Assembly (NCBI GenBank): GCA_031835245.2
Contig: JAVKOQ020000030.1
Location: forward strand, 186,001 to 250,000
Direction of reading: 5' to 3'
Length of the DNA: 64,000 bases
DNA from: Balamuthia mandrillaris
Taxonomy: Eukaryota
Part shown: positions 1-11,623 of the stretch, piece by piece
Layout of the letters: each line of letters begins with the position of its first letter
Position numbering within the stretch: the first letter of the stretch is position 1
Made by a program: the position numbers and the translations under genes
Notes under the pieces: model-generated
Database searches by the model: none
The model's input: the letters and a program-made list of their open reading frames with translations, nothing else
What the model was told of the DNA's origin: nothing

Positions 1-441
1 AATAAGGGATGGAGCGTGAAGGCAGAATGAAGCCTCTTCGTGCCACGCGAGGTTCGACCAGGAGACGGAAACTGCACGTTCGCGTCCCCTCAAATGCTAA
101 ATCGAGGCCACTTATTTCCTTCCACTTTTATTATTTTCAAAGCATGAGAACTAGCTAGCAAACAAACGACACTACAAAAGAAGAAGGAGAAGAAAAAGAG
201 GTAACAAGACAAGAAGGAGAAGAAGAAGAACAGGAAGAAGAATATGAAGAAGAACAAAACAAACCGAGAGAGAAAAGGATGGAGGAACGCCAGGAATGTC
301 GCTGTCGAACGTGAAACGTATGTAGGTATCATCCCAACAGCAAGTGCTCTTGGTGGGCTCCAACTGCACAACCGGCGAGTCATATATCTGTACCGCCGCT
401 ATCCCAATGCACGTCTCTTTCGTCTCTTCTTCTTTCATCAT
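1..441 (-). CDS. 5' part of an uncharacterised intron-containing gene that runs off the left edge of the window
   Basis: ATG at 441 (MMKEEETKETCIGIAAVQIYDSPVVQLEP...DSDIPG), a GT donor, a pyrimidine-rich intron, then an AG acceptor near 125 reopening the frame (WKEISGLDLAFEGTRTCSFRLL...) to position 1. Confidence 0.5.
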
Positions 442-477
442 TTGCTACTCTTCTTTTGCTGTGCTACATTGCTGCAT

Positions 478-648
478 CATTTGTACAGAAACCACCACGT
501 CATCAATGTCCACAAAAATGAGTACACACGTCATCGTTGTCGACAATATTGCTGCAACATTTGTACAGAAACCACCACGTCATCAATGTCCACAAAAATG
601 AGTACACACGTCATCAATGTCCACAAAAATGAGTACACACGTCATCAG
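478..648. repeat. Local direct duplication (80-bp period plus a ~31-bp partial copy) in a divergent intergenic region
   Basis: CATTTGTACAGAAACCACCACGTCATCAATGTCCACAAAAATGAGTACACACGTCATC at 478 and 558; AATGTCCACAAAAATGAGTACACACGTCATC repeated once more directly after. Confidence 0.9.
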
Positions 649-836
649 TGTCCGCGTAAAATGCCAAATTCACCACAAAGAAAATCCACAGAGAACTGGC
701 GGAAAGGAGGAAAGCTTGGCGTTCCAAAACTTTTTTTTCTAAAATTATTTATTTATTTTCTGTGTGTCTCTCTCTCTCTCTTCTTTTCTTCTTCTAGTTC
801 ACTGTTTTTTTTTTTGAAAGAGTTCAAAAAAAAAAG

Positions 837-2266
837 ATGTGGTTGTTCAAAGGCAAAGCTGGCCCCACGACGGAGGGGGAGGGGCAGGACGTGGCAGCGA
901 AAGGAGTCCATGTGGTTGCCATCGATGAGTCCAGGGACGCTGAACATGCTTTCCAGTGGGCCGCTGATAATTTGCCAAAAGTACATCACTCAGCTGGCTT
1001 GACGTTCTCCTCTTTCTTCTGATATTGTTGCTCTTCTTGCTTCTTTCGTTTGTTGACGTGGTGGTTCCGTTGTAATTCTGCTTGTTCTTCTTTTTTCTTC
1101 TTCTTGTTCTTGTTCTTCTGCTTATTGTGCTTCTGTTTCTTCTCGTTCTTCTTCTTCTCGTTCTTCTTCTTCTCGTTCTTCTTCTCGTTCTTCTTCTTCA
1201 TCTTCTTCTTCTTCATCTTCTTCTTCTTCTTCTTGTTCTTCTTCTTCTTCTTCTTCTTCTTCTTCATCTTCTTCTGCTCCTTCATGTCCTTCTCCTTATC
1301 CACCCCTCTTCCACCTCTTCTTCCTCTTCCTTTTCTTTCCTCTAACGGACCTCCAAACGACAAAGGGAGATCGGTTTATATTAGTGAACGGAGTGTTTGC
1401 CTTTCCGAGACAAGGAGAGGCGATCAACCCGCTGGTGGAGCTGTTTCCCTCCACCTCGCCGAAGGAGTTCGAGGAGTACACCCGCCTCCAGAATAACTAT
1501 CAAACCAAACTGTTCGACTACTACCGGGAGAAATGTAACACAGCAAAGGTACCCTTGCATAGAGCATCTTCGCTTCTTTCTTTCTCTCCGTCGCTCGTTT
1601 CGTGTTTGTTCTCTCGCTCTGTTGCTTTTATCGCTTTCTGCTTCTCTTCCTCTCTTCTCCCTCTTGTCTCTTTTCTCTACTCTCTCTTCTCTCATCTTTC
1701 TCGTCCCGTTCACTCTCTGCCCTTCTCTCCATCTCTTCTGCTTTGCACAGCTCTTCTGAGCAGAAATGAACAAAACAGAGAGATTGCACCTTTCTCTCGG
1801 TAAAGTACAAAGGATCGGGGGACTTGGGGGAGAGAGTATGCAACGTTGCTTCAGAGGCTGATGCCAAGAGCGTTGTGTGTGGCTCCCGAGGTTTACGTTT
1901 CATCGATAGGTTCCTTTTCTTTTTCTTTTTATGCATTTCTCGTTCAAGTTTTTTTTTTCTATTCTTCTATAGCCTCGTCTTCTTCTGCCTCTCTTTCTCC
2001 TTACTTTCTTCGTAGGAACGACTTCGAGTATAACTGACGTACTCTTTTTGAGTTCCTCTCAACTACCAAACAGAATACGACTAGGCTCGGTGAGCAACTC
2101 CATCGTGCAACAATGCCAATGCTCAGTGATCGTCACCAAAGAGAAACCAAAGGAGAAGGAGGTGCGTCAACAGCTGCAACCCCCTTCTCCCAAACCGAAC
2201 AGCGTGCTATCCACCCAAGACAGGAGACGCAGGGCAAGCCCGCACGAAGCCCCGATGCACAAGTGA
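837..2266 (+). CDS. Universal stress protein (USP/UspA domain), spliced
   Basis: Exons read VVAIDESRDAEHAFQWA, VVCGSRGLRFIDR and LGSVSNSIVQQCQCSVIV, matching the USP N-terminal beta strand and the G-x-x-G...GS(V)S motif; introns are GT-AG. Confidence 0.85.
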
Positions 2267-2490
2267 AGAAAGAAGGAAGAAAAAGAGGTGGTAAAAAGAA
2301 AAACTCAGATTTAATCTAAATTTATGAATTCTGACTGGTAGAGAAATTTCAAAACCAATCGTAAATCAAACAAAAGATGTAAGAGGCACGAAAAAATAAT
2401 TCCAAAGTTTTGCGGTAACGTCTACGAAGAAGAAGAAGCGAACGAAACCAAGAGCCCGAACATCACGCAAGCACAAAGCGACGACGCACC

Positions 2491-4120
2491 ATGGAGAAGA
2501 CTAAGCGTGTGGAGAAGCAGGAGCACACTGTCATTGTGGAAGGTTGGTTTGGTGTCTCTATAGGATGTGGCCTTGCCATATAGCTGAACCTCTTTTTATA
2601 TGTGCATTTTATTTTTTAGTGTTGGAAGGAAGGAACCTGGGCGATAACAAGGCAAGGACCTATTTGGTTCTCGAGTTTGGAATACAAAAGTGGAAGTCTC
2701 CCATTTCTGCTCGGACTCATTCTCCGGTTTGGAGAGACTATTGGATAGGGTTTGTGACTTCACGCTTTCTTTTTTCTTTCACCATTTTTATTTTAACGTT
2801 TTAACACAAACAGACGTTTCGTGGGAACTAAACTCGCGTCTCCATGCATCAGTTCGTTTTTTTTAATGCTCTTCCTTTTTCTTCTTTCTTTCTTCTTTAT
2901 TCCTTCTCCTCTCTTCGCAGGCTCGCTATTCTGACTTATGACAAAAACAATAACAGCCATAACAGTAAAAGAGAAGCATCACCGCTCCCATTTGTTGGGT
3001 ACTGCCAAAGTGTACTTGAACGCAGTGTCGGAGGACAAAGCTCTAGACAAATGGCATGACGTTGCACCTGCCAAAGGCGTCCATGCATCGGATATGGAAA
3101 TTCGTTTACGAGTCACTTGTCGAAAGGTCAGTCATGTTTCTTTTGTTGTTCTTATCCTTGTTGTTGTTGTTCTTCTTCTTCTTCTTCTTCTTCATCATCA
3201 TCTTGTTCTTCTTGTTCTTGCTCTTCATCATCTTGTTCTCCTTGTTCTTCTTCTTCTTCTGGTTCTTCTGCTTCGTTTCTGCTCTTCCTGTTTGTGGTGC
3301 CGGTTTACGTCTTTCTTATGATTGTTTCCGGTCGCTCTGACCTCATTCGAAAAACAAATAGTCATACGACACTAAGAGCGAAATGGAGGAAGAGATAAAG
3401 CTCATCAACGACCTGATGCACGAAACCAAACAACTCTTGGAGAACCATCAAAAACTCATCCCTGAACTCAAAGCCAAACTCGCCAAGAAAAGCTTTTCCG
3501 ATAAAGAGGAGAAAGAAAGTAACAAACAACTCTTGAAAAAAGCTCTACGTGAAGTCAACGAAGCCACCGCAAAGATCCCCTCTTTACGTGCTCGTCGCAA
3601 AGAAATCATCGAAAGCGGAACGAATCGCTCCATCTCCTTCTCGGACTCTGAGGTTTGGCAATGCTCTCCTCATATCTTCTTTCGCAGCGACTCTCAGATC
3701 ATCACTGAAGGACTCGAGAAAGAGAAGGAGAGAGAGAAAGAAAATCGTGATAAAGCAGAAGAAGAAAACAAAGCAAACGCCAACGCCAATGCCAACGCTA
3801 AAGCAACCGAAATGGAACAAGAGGAAAAGGTGAAGACGCTGCAAAAGAAGTTAAATAGTGCAAGAACAAAGCTGCATAGAGAGCTGAAGAACCTGGAGTT
3901 TAATGAGAGTCTCGCCGCTGAGATGGACACGCAGTTCTCGGATGATGAGCCCTCCGAGAGCAAACGTTGGCAGCAGAACGACGAGGAGCTGAGAAAGCGA
4001 GTGGAGTATCTGAAGAAGAAAGTGAAGGGCTTATCGGATTATCTTGACATTCTTGCAGCGGAGCAGAAAAAGAGCAATTCTTCTCCTTCCGCTTCTCTTG
4101 ACACTTCAAGAGATGGATAA
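2491..4120 (+). CDS. C2-domain protein with a C-terminal coiled coil, spliced
   Basis: Spliced frame TVIVE-VLEGRNL...TYLVLEFG...SPVW...ITVKEKH...LLGTAKVYL...DKWHDV...EIRLRVT fits the C2 beta-strand pattern; E/K-rich heptads follow in ORF 3383..4120. Confidence 0.7.
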
Positions 4121-4208
4121 ATGAACCTTTTTTTTCCTACTTCTACAGTTATTTTCGCAAAGTTACAAAAGTAAAAGGGACGAGAGTGAGCAGAAGCAGA
4201 AAGAAAAA

Positions 4209-5247
4209 CTATTCGACTTGATCAGAGCCCTCGTGAATGTCGGCAAAGAGAGCAGTGCTGAGGTAACGCTCCCCAGTGTCAGGTAGCATGGCCAGAATGG
4301 TGGAACCTTCCGGTGCTTGTTCTGCTGTCTGAAAAATAAAAGAAAAAACACGTTTAACGAATGAAAAACAAAAGAACCAAAAGCACTATTCGAATGGGGC
4401 TAACCTTCAGAGCAGCTGCGAATGTGCCACCAGCAGAAATGCCACAGAATATGCCTTCCTTCCTTGCCAGCTCTTTCGCAGCATGAATGGCCTCCTCGTC
4501 CTTGACCTTCACGATGCTGTCCCACACCTTGCCCTCGTTCTTCTTCCCCTGGTCGATGATGCCAGGCACAAAGTTGGGCGTCCATCCCTGCACCTTGTGC
4601 GGCTGAAACTGGCCGCCGGAGAGCAAAGCCGCGCCTTCGGGCTCGCTCACGACGACACGAAGTTCCTCTCGTGCCGACCTGAGAACCTTACCCGCCCCTA
4701 TTAGGGTGCCTCCAGTTCCCCATCCAGTGACCCAATAGTCCAACCTACGACCCGCGAAATCCGCTAATATCTCCGGAGCCGTCGTGTTGGCATGGAAACG
4801 AGGGTTGGCCGGGTTATTGAACTGATCCGTCAGGAACCAACCGTTACGCTGGGCCAGCTCCTTGGCCTTCTCCACCATGCCTTTGCCGCCGAGGGCGGCG
4901 GGGGTCAGCACCAGCTTGGCCCCCAGCTGGCGCATCAGCTTGCGTCGTTCCACGGAGAAGGACTCGGCCATGGTCAGGACGAGGGGGTAGCCTTTGGCCG
5001 CGCAGACCATGGCCAAGGCGATGCCGGTGTTGCCGCTGGTGGCCTCGCAGACGGTCATGCCGGGGCGGAGAAGGCCTCGCTGCTCGGCATCCTCTATGAC
5101 GGCCAACGCCAGCCGGTCTTTGACGGAGGAGAGCGGATTGAAGAACTCGCACTTGACAAAGAGGTCCACGTGTTTGGGGGCCAAGCGGTTGATGCGGACC
5201 ACCGGAGTGCGGCCGATGGTCTTGAGGATGTTGTCGTACAAGGGCAT
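4209..5247 (-). CDS. cysK: Cysteine synthase A (O-acetylserine sulfhydrylase), one intron at 4329-4404
   Basis: PLP-lysine motif SSVKDR, TSGNTG, GWGTGGT, HKVQG, GISAG; last exon TAEQAPEGSTILAMLPDTGERYLST...QVE* ends at 4209. Confidence 0.95.
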
Positions 5248-5693
5248 TGTTTCTTTTGTTCGCGCGTTACTTTCTTTTTGTTGTCTTCAACTGAATGGCT
5301 AAAAAAAAGGAAAGAAAATGTCGACTCATGAATTAATTAATTGGACTACGATGGTCGCCTCGTACGGTGGTTCTTTGAACAGAGGCACCAAACTCATTCA
5401 ACGATAGGCCGCTGGCCTTTTGTAAGATGAGTGAGGTCAGCTTTGATGGTGCAACCCATTTCGCATTTTTCTGTTGTCCCATTCATGAGATATTACCATT
5501 GCCTTGGTTCGTGTGCTGCGTTGGCCTGGCACGGTTGACTTTTGCCCATGACTTCACGTAAACTCGTTCGCGTTGAAAGTCTATGGCCCGACAAAGGGGG
5601 AACGAGAAACAGCAAGGCCTCTTCTGAATTTCATGTCGTCACGAAAGTAATGTTCAATCAAACAAAAAAAAGAAAACAAACTACAGAAAGAAC

Positions 5694-6559
5694 ATGTTGT
5701 TGGAAGAGTTGCTGCGAAGCACTTCCTCCGGCACTTTCCTCCCCTACCGCTTCTTCATCGCCTGGAATGGGGTTCCAGTTTTAGTTTACAGGTACTTTTG
5801 TTTTCTTTCATCTTTTTTTTTTATGAAAGCGTAACATGTTAAACTTTTCATTCGTTATATAACACACGCTATAGAGGCTATCCACGCCCATTCGTGCATT
5901 TGAAGCAACAAGTGACGGCCGCTTTTTCGGAGCTGCGTAAGGAGAGCCCTGGAAGCCTCGTCCCAAAGACCACGCTCGGTGCGATCTCTCAGACCGCTCC
6001 GCCTCTCTCTTTGGCCCAGCTTCAACAGCTCAAACAAATATGTGCTCTCTTTGAGGAACGCTTTTCGCTATCGCAACAAGAAAGTGAAGAAGAAAACAAG
6101 GAGGAGAGGAAACAACTACGAAAGTGCAAAGTGAAAGCAAAGAAGCTGAGCATAGTGACTTATTGCAATCGAAGTTTAGAGAAGGTAATGTCATGTCAAA
6201 CGATAAGCTTGAAAGAAGAAGAACGCGGAGAGGAAGGGGAAGAAGATAAAGAAGCCAAAGTGGACGACAACGTTGTGGAAATGATAAAGGAATGGAACGA
6301 AGAGGAAGTTTACTTGCAAAGGGTTAACTGCTGCAACGAAGAAAGCAAGCACTTTCCCAATCGAGAAGAGCACTATAGAGAATCCAAGATGGGAGTAACG
6401 TTAGTTTGTTATCTTCAACACCAACAAACAGAGAGTAAAGGTTTGTTGGCGGTGATAAGAGAGTTCAGAAAGGCTGTGGATGATGTTTTTGGAAAAGGCT
6501 TCTTTGTATGGTTCGAAGAGGATGCCTTGCATGTAACGCTGCGTGGACTTATTGGTTAG
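5694..6559 (+). CDS. Uncharacterised protein, possibly a degenerate 2H-phosphoesterase-like fold; one intron
   Basis: Exon 1 MLLEELLRSTSSGTFLPYRFFIAWNGVPVLVYR splices into ORF 5894..6559; C-terminal LHVTLRGL (HxT-type motif) and N-half PKTTLG. Confidence 0.55.
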
Positions 6560-6601
6560 AGAATAAAAAAGAAAAAGAAGAGTTCATAGAAAACTCTCAC
6601 T

Positions 6602-8376
6602 TTACTGAGCCTCTGCTTGATCCTTTTCCTTTGGATAAACAACACCGATTTGCCTTCGGGCCTCATCCATGATCTTCATGAGAAACAATGTCTCCTCATT
6701 CTTGTTCCATTGGCTCTCCAACTTGCCGCTCTTCAAGCAGGACACAACTTCTTCGATCTCGTAACTCAGTCCAACCGAGTTTCTAAAGTTCCAAGTATGG
6801 TCCTCCAACTCCTTGGAGGAAGGAAGTTCGGCGGATAGCTTCTCTTCAACGTGTTTTCCGTTGTTGTGGATATGAACGCTGCCTGAGACAGGAGCCCAAA
6901 ATGGATCATCAATGACGACTCTTCCTTTTGTGCCTTTATTTTGGTGGTAGTCAGAAAAAAAGAGAAAGAGAAAGAGAAAGAGAAAGAGAAAGAGAAAGAG
7001 AAAGAGAAAGAGAAAGAGAAAGAGAAAGAGAAAGAGAAAGAGAAAGAGAAAGAAAGAAAGAGAAAGAGAAAGAGAAAGAGAAAGAGAAAGAGAAAGAGAA
7101 AGAGAAAGAGAAAGAGAAAGAGAAAGAGAAAGAGAAAGAGAAAGAGAGAGCAATATGCATACCTGTAATCATAACTTGATTGGTACCAACCGACTCAAAT
7201 GAAGTGGAGAGCACACCCACACCACCGCAAGGATAATGCAGCAACATGCCAACAAGCCCGTCCACGCCAGTGGGAAGCAGGTTGCCAACGGCTTTGATCT
7301 CTGTGGGCATCACACCGCCAAAGACCATCGAGGCAAAGGCGATGCAGTAGACGCCAATGTCGAGCAGCGTGCCGCCTGCCAACTCGGGCTGCACCAAACG
7401 CTCTTGTTGCCTGTGCACAAAGCCAAAGTCTTTGGTGTTTTGTTAACAGCAGGAGAAAAGAAAACGAAAAGAAAAAGAAAACAAAAGCCAACGAAAAACA
7501 AACAAAGAATAACAGAAAAAAAAAAAAAGCTAACCAACGTGAACAAACTTGACGGTGCCAATGTCGCCGGCGGCCACTCGCTCTCTCACCTGTCGCACAA
7601 GCGGGAAGTAACGGGTCCACATGGCATGCATCAGGAAGACGTTATGCTTCTTGGCCAACCCGATCAGCTCTTCCGCCTCCTGCGCGTTGATGGTCAAGGC
7701 TTTCTCCACCAACACCCCTTTTCCTTGTTTTATACAAAGAGCAGCTGCTTCCTATTTATTGTTTCTTTAAAAGGGAGAAAGCAGCAACGAGAAAAGAGAG
7801 AACGATAGAGAGAAGGTGAAGAAGAAGAGAGCAAGAGAAGCATAGAAGAAAAAGAGCGAGAGAAGCAGAGAAGAAAGGAACGAGGGAAGAGAACGAGAGA
7901 AGAGAAGAAGGAACGAGAGAGAGTGGAGAAGCAGAGAAGCAGATAATGAGAGGAGCGCGTACAAAGTGTCTGCTGTGAGGAGTGCAAACATAGACCACGT
8001 CCACCTCCTCGTCGGCCGCCAGCTCCTCATAACTGCCGTAACTGGTTTGTGGGAGAGTAAGGCCTCAGTATAGAGCCAACCACTATGATCAGGTTCACCA
8101 ATATAACCTCATTTTTTATGCAAACAAAAAAAACAAAAGGAAGGAAGGGGAGACAAAAAAAAACAAAAACCATTTGGAGATGCCGTGCTGCTGGCCGAAA
8201 GCATCGGCCACGGCCTGGGTTCGACTGCCCACAGCAATCACCGCGCTGTCCTTCACCAATCGCATGGCGGCAACAAAGTCGGCTGCGATCTTGCCGGCCC
8301 CAATGATGCCCCATTTGATTTGGCCAAAGCCTTTGTGCGGTTCCGTGGCGGTGGTGGCGGTGTGCGTGCCGTTCAT
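6602..8376 (-). CDS. Gfo/Idh/MocA-family oxidoreductase (dihydrodiol dehydrogenase-like), multi-exon
   Basis: KWGIIGAGKIA Rossmann motif, DVVYVCTPHSRH, VLVEKAL, AMWTRYFP, GGTLLDIGVY and GLSYEIEEV across exons. Confidence 0.9.
6961..7150. repeat. (AGAGAA)n hexanucleotide microsatellite with one phase slip, inside an intron
   Basis: Visible directly; it generates the spurious ER/KE/SL ORFs in the track. Confidence 0.95.
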
Positions 8377-8662
8377 GCCTGTTCTTTCTTTCTTTCTTTG
8401 TGGGTTGTTCCTCGTTCTTTTTTCTTTTTCTGAAGATAAAAACAGTGTAGCTGGTCGGGATCGAACTCGAGCCGACAATGAGTTTTTGTCGACGTGAAAG
8501 CAGGGATGCGGCTAAGGCGGCGCAAAGATCATTTACGGACTTTTTATGGTAAGTTGCAGCCTCTGTTTGATTTTTGATTGGTGGTTTGAAACTTTCAATA
8601 AAAGATCAACGCATAGCTCCGTTGTCCACAAAAATATATGTCCGCAAAGGAAAAAGACAGAC

Positions 8663-9493
8663 ATGGTGGATCCATTACGCGTGCTGCCGGACGAGCTGGC
8701 CCTCCTCATTTTTTCCTTCCTGGACGAGCCCGAGCTGGTTGCCGCCTTGCAAACCAGCAGGTCATGGAACCGCCTCGCCCAGGAGCCTTCCCTCTGGGCC
8801 TCCCTCTTCCGCTTCTCCACGTGGAACCCCAATGATGTCAGCTCCAACGTCATCGTTCTTTCTCCTCCCTCAAAAGAAGGAGCGGAGCCAGATCTGTGCA
8901 CGCTCTACAAGCCGAAGACGTCCTGCGGGTCTCGCCATGCTCAGGGTTGGTTGGTGACAGGCAGCCAGGCGCTGCCCCATACGAGGCCGGTTTATTTTGA
9001 GGTGGTGGCCAAGAAAGAGGGCAGCTGGTGGGGCTGCCAGGCCGGCGTTGGCGTCGTGTCGCATGCCCCGTTGGTGAGCCAGCCCGAGGAGCACGCTGGC
9101 AATGGGTTCTTTGGGTTTCGCCGAGTCTACCCTGTGTTACTCAGCGAAAACGGTTTGCCGTTTGCATTTTCCTTTGCTTTAAAACTCGTATGAACTCATT
9201 GGGTTTTGTTTACCACAGGGTGGGGCGTGTCTTTGAGTACCAGCGGTGTGCTGCACGACGGCCAAAGGCTGTCAACGGAGCCGAAAGAAACGTGTCCTGA
9301 TGGAGTTAGAGTGGGAGTGCTGTACGATGACTCCCAAGGGCTCGGCTTGTTGAGCTTTTACCTCAACGGAAGGCCGTTGCTCTCGGAGCCGCTGTCGGGC
9401 ATAAAGGGGCCCTTGCATCCGGCTGCTCAGATGTGTTGCGCTGACCTCTCGCTGGTTCTTTGCTGTAACGTTTCGTTGCCCAAGTGTAAATAA
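8663..9493 (+). CDS. F-box plus SPRY-like domain protein, one intron
   Basis: LPDELALLIFSFLD...TSRSWNRLAQEPSLW (F-box); YFEVV...GVGV...GWG...GVRVGVLYD...LSFYLNG...LHPA (SPRY-like). Confidence 0.8.
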
Positions 9494-9586
9494 AAAAATC
9501 AAACAACCAATCCAAAATCGAAAATATATTATTTTGTCGACATGTTAAATCAAACAGCCAATCAAAAATCATACAATAAAAGTGTT

Positions 9587-10330
9587 ATGGAGAAAGAGGA
9601 AGCACGGGAGGGTCACATTATGCAGGTGAATGATTTGCCGGACGAGGTGTTGTGCTGCATATTCAGCATGTTGCCGGGTGCCTATGTGGCCATAGCTGCC
9701 CGAGCGTGTCGGCGCTGGTACTCCTGCTGCCCTCCCGACCAACGCAACCAGCTGAGCGCCAGAGCGGTCTGCAGCAGCCTTGCCTTGATACGTTGGGCTC
9801 ACGACAACAACTGTACTTGGAACGAGCGATTGTGCAGCATAGTGGCCGAAGTTGGTTGCCTTGACGTCCTCAAATGGGTTAGAGAGAACGGCTGTCCTTG
9901 GGACATGCGAACCTGCAACGAATCAGCTGGTGCCGGCCATTTGGAAATCCTTCAATGGGCTAGGGAGAATGGCTGCCCTTGGGACTGGCGGACCTGCTCC
10001 ATTGCCGCCTCTAAAGGACACCTTCCTGTGCTGCAATGGGCAAGAGCCAACGGTTGTCCCTGGAACGAGTGGACCTGCAGCAACGCAGCCTGGGGAGGTC
10101 ACCTGCATATCCTTCAATGGGCGAGAGAGAACGGCTGCCCTTGGGATGGCGTCACCTGCAGCAATGCCGCATGGAACGGCCACCAGAAGGTCTTGCGATG
10201 GGCCTATGAGAACGGATGCCCTTGGTGCCCTGACGCCTTTGCCAACGCCTTCCCAGAGCGCGTTTTTAGCTTGGAGGACGAAGACACGAAAGAACACGAG
10301 AAGAAAGTCTCAAAGAAGGCAACGCACTGA
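9587..10330 (+). CDS. F-box plus GCPW-type ankyrin-repeat protein, intronless
   Basis: DLPDEVLCCIFSML...ACRRW followed by about five 25-aa repeats of TCxxAAxxGHLxILQWARENGCPW. Confidence 0.9.
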   Translation: MEKEEAREGHIMQVNDLPDEVLCCIFSMLPGAYVAIAARACRRWYSCCPPDQRNQLSARAVCSSLALIRWAHDNNCTWNERLCSIVAEVGCLDVLKWVRENGCPWDMRTCNESAGAGHLEILQWARENGCPWDWRTCSIAASKGHLPVLQWARANGCPWNEWTCSNAAWGGHLHILQWARENGCPWDGVTCSNAAWNGHQKVLRWAYENGCPWCPDAFANAFPERVFSLEDEDTKEHEKKVSKKATH

Positions 10331-10394
10331 AACCAAGTATAGTATTGTGTTTATCGTTTTGTTGCTTGTTCTTTCTTTCTTCCTCTTCTGTCTG

Positions 10395-11360
10395 TTAGTC
10401 TTTCTTCAAAGCTTGACCGGCTTGATAGGCATCAAGGAATACCTGCTTATAATGCGCAAAGAACTCTTCCATGCTGTAGGGCTTCCTGTTGTTCCTTAAC
10501 AAGCCTTGCAGGTCGCTGCTGTCCACTCCCTCCAAGAAGGCGGGCAGGTTGCGAAAGATGTTGGGAAAGTCGTTGGCCATCCACTCCGGCATGCCCAAGC
10601 CCTTGAACAGAGCGATGGCATCCTCCACGGGCATCTGTTGGTATCGAATACGATGGCCCAGCAGCGTGGAGACGGCCACTAAGCACTCGGAGACGGTGCG
10701 TCCTGGATCGCCCACGAGGTGGAAGTGCCTGCCAACGTTCTTCTCCGGCGGTTGCTCCAAGACAGAGGTGACCGCTTCAGCGACGTCCCTGACGTCGATC
10801 CACTGAACGCCTCTGTTGGGCGAAGCGGCCAGGGAGAAAGTGCTGTCGTTGGGGCAGCCAACCTTCAAGAACTCCAACAACCCGAAGAAGAGGAGCCAGT
10901 CCTGCAGGAAGCAACAGGGTTCCAACTGGGTGAAGGGCAAGCCCGAGTTGGCTACCTCTCTGAAGACCTGAGAGACCTCGCGGTAGAAGGAGGTCTTTTG
11001 CAAGACCACAGAAACGGGAACGCACTCGGTGACCATGACGATCTGTTTGAGGGAGGAGAGACAGGCGGACTTTACAGCCTCCACAAAGTTCTTTGTCATC
11101 GGATGGATGCCAACGACGGTAGGCAACATGAAGACGATGCGATCAGGGTTGCCTTGAAGAGCCACGGCCACCGCTTCCACAGAGTCGAACGAGGCTTGAA
11201 CGCACTCCACGCCTTCCTCTTCCGTAACATCAGGTTTCTTTTGGTGGTAAGCCAGGCGAAGCCTGAGCCTAGCTCGTTGTTCGAGGAGCAGCGGAAGGAG
11301 CTCCTTTCCAACGTTGCCGCACGGCCCAAAGACCACAACCAGTTCTCTGCCGTCTTCCAT
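10395..11360 (-). CDS. NmrA-like atypical short-chain NAD(P)-binding protein, intronless
   Basis: VVVFGPCGNVG, SGLPFTQLEP, WIDVRDVAEAV, LLGHRIRY; likely start MEDGREL at 11360. Confidence 0.85.
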   Translation of the reverse strand: MEDGRELVVVFGPCGNVGKELLPLLLEQRARLRLRLAYHQKKPDVTEEEGVECVQASFDSVEAVAVALQGNPDRIVFMLPTVVGIHPMTKNFVEAVKSACLSSLKQIVMVTECVPVSVVLQKTSFYREVSQVFREVANSGLPFTQLEPCCFLQDWLLFFGLLEFLKVGCPNDSTFSLAASPNRGVQWIDVRDVAEAVTSVLEQPPEKNVGRHFHLVGDPGRTVSECLVAVSTLLGHRIRYQQMPVEDAIALFKGLGMPEWMANDFPNIFRNLPAFLEGVDSSDLQGLLRNNRKPYSMEEFFAHYKQVFLDAYQAGQALKKD

Positions 11361-11623
11361 TCGTTTGCTTTCGGTCGGACCACCTCTCCTCTCCTCCTTA
11401 TAGCACCTTTTTGAACGAAACGACGTCTTCAAACAACAAGAAGGAAAGTACCTCACGTTTAATCGGGTCGACACGTTCCCTGTTCGGGTAACAACGGCCT
11501 ATATTGATGCGTTACTTCACACCCAGAGTTACGCAGGTAGGCTTTCTTGTTTTCTTCCCACTTCACTCGGATCGACCCGGTTGAACCGACCGTTGCGACG
11601 ACAGCAAAAAGGCTTTGAAGACG

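Noticed and set aside
478..648. CRISPR array
   Set aside because: Only 2-3 adjacent copies, no unique spacers, no cas genes, and eukaryotic context.
986..1496. Poly-F/L/K/S/ER ORFs here and throughout the track
   Set aside because: They are translations of intronic microsatellites bounded by GT-AG, not proteins.
5340..5640. Structured RNA or riboswitch upstream of cysK
   Set aside because: Only short 5-6-bp stems, with no recognisable conserved motif or strand-specific pairing.
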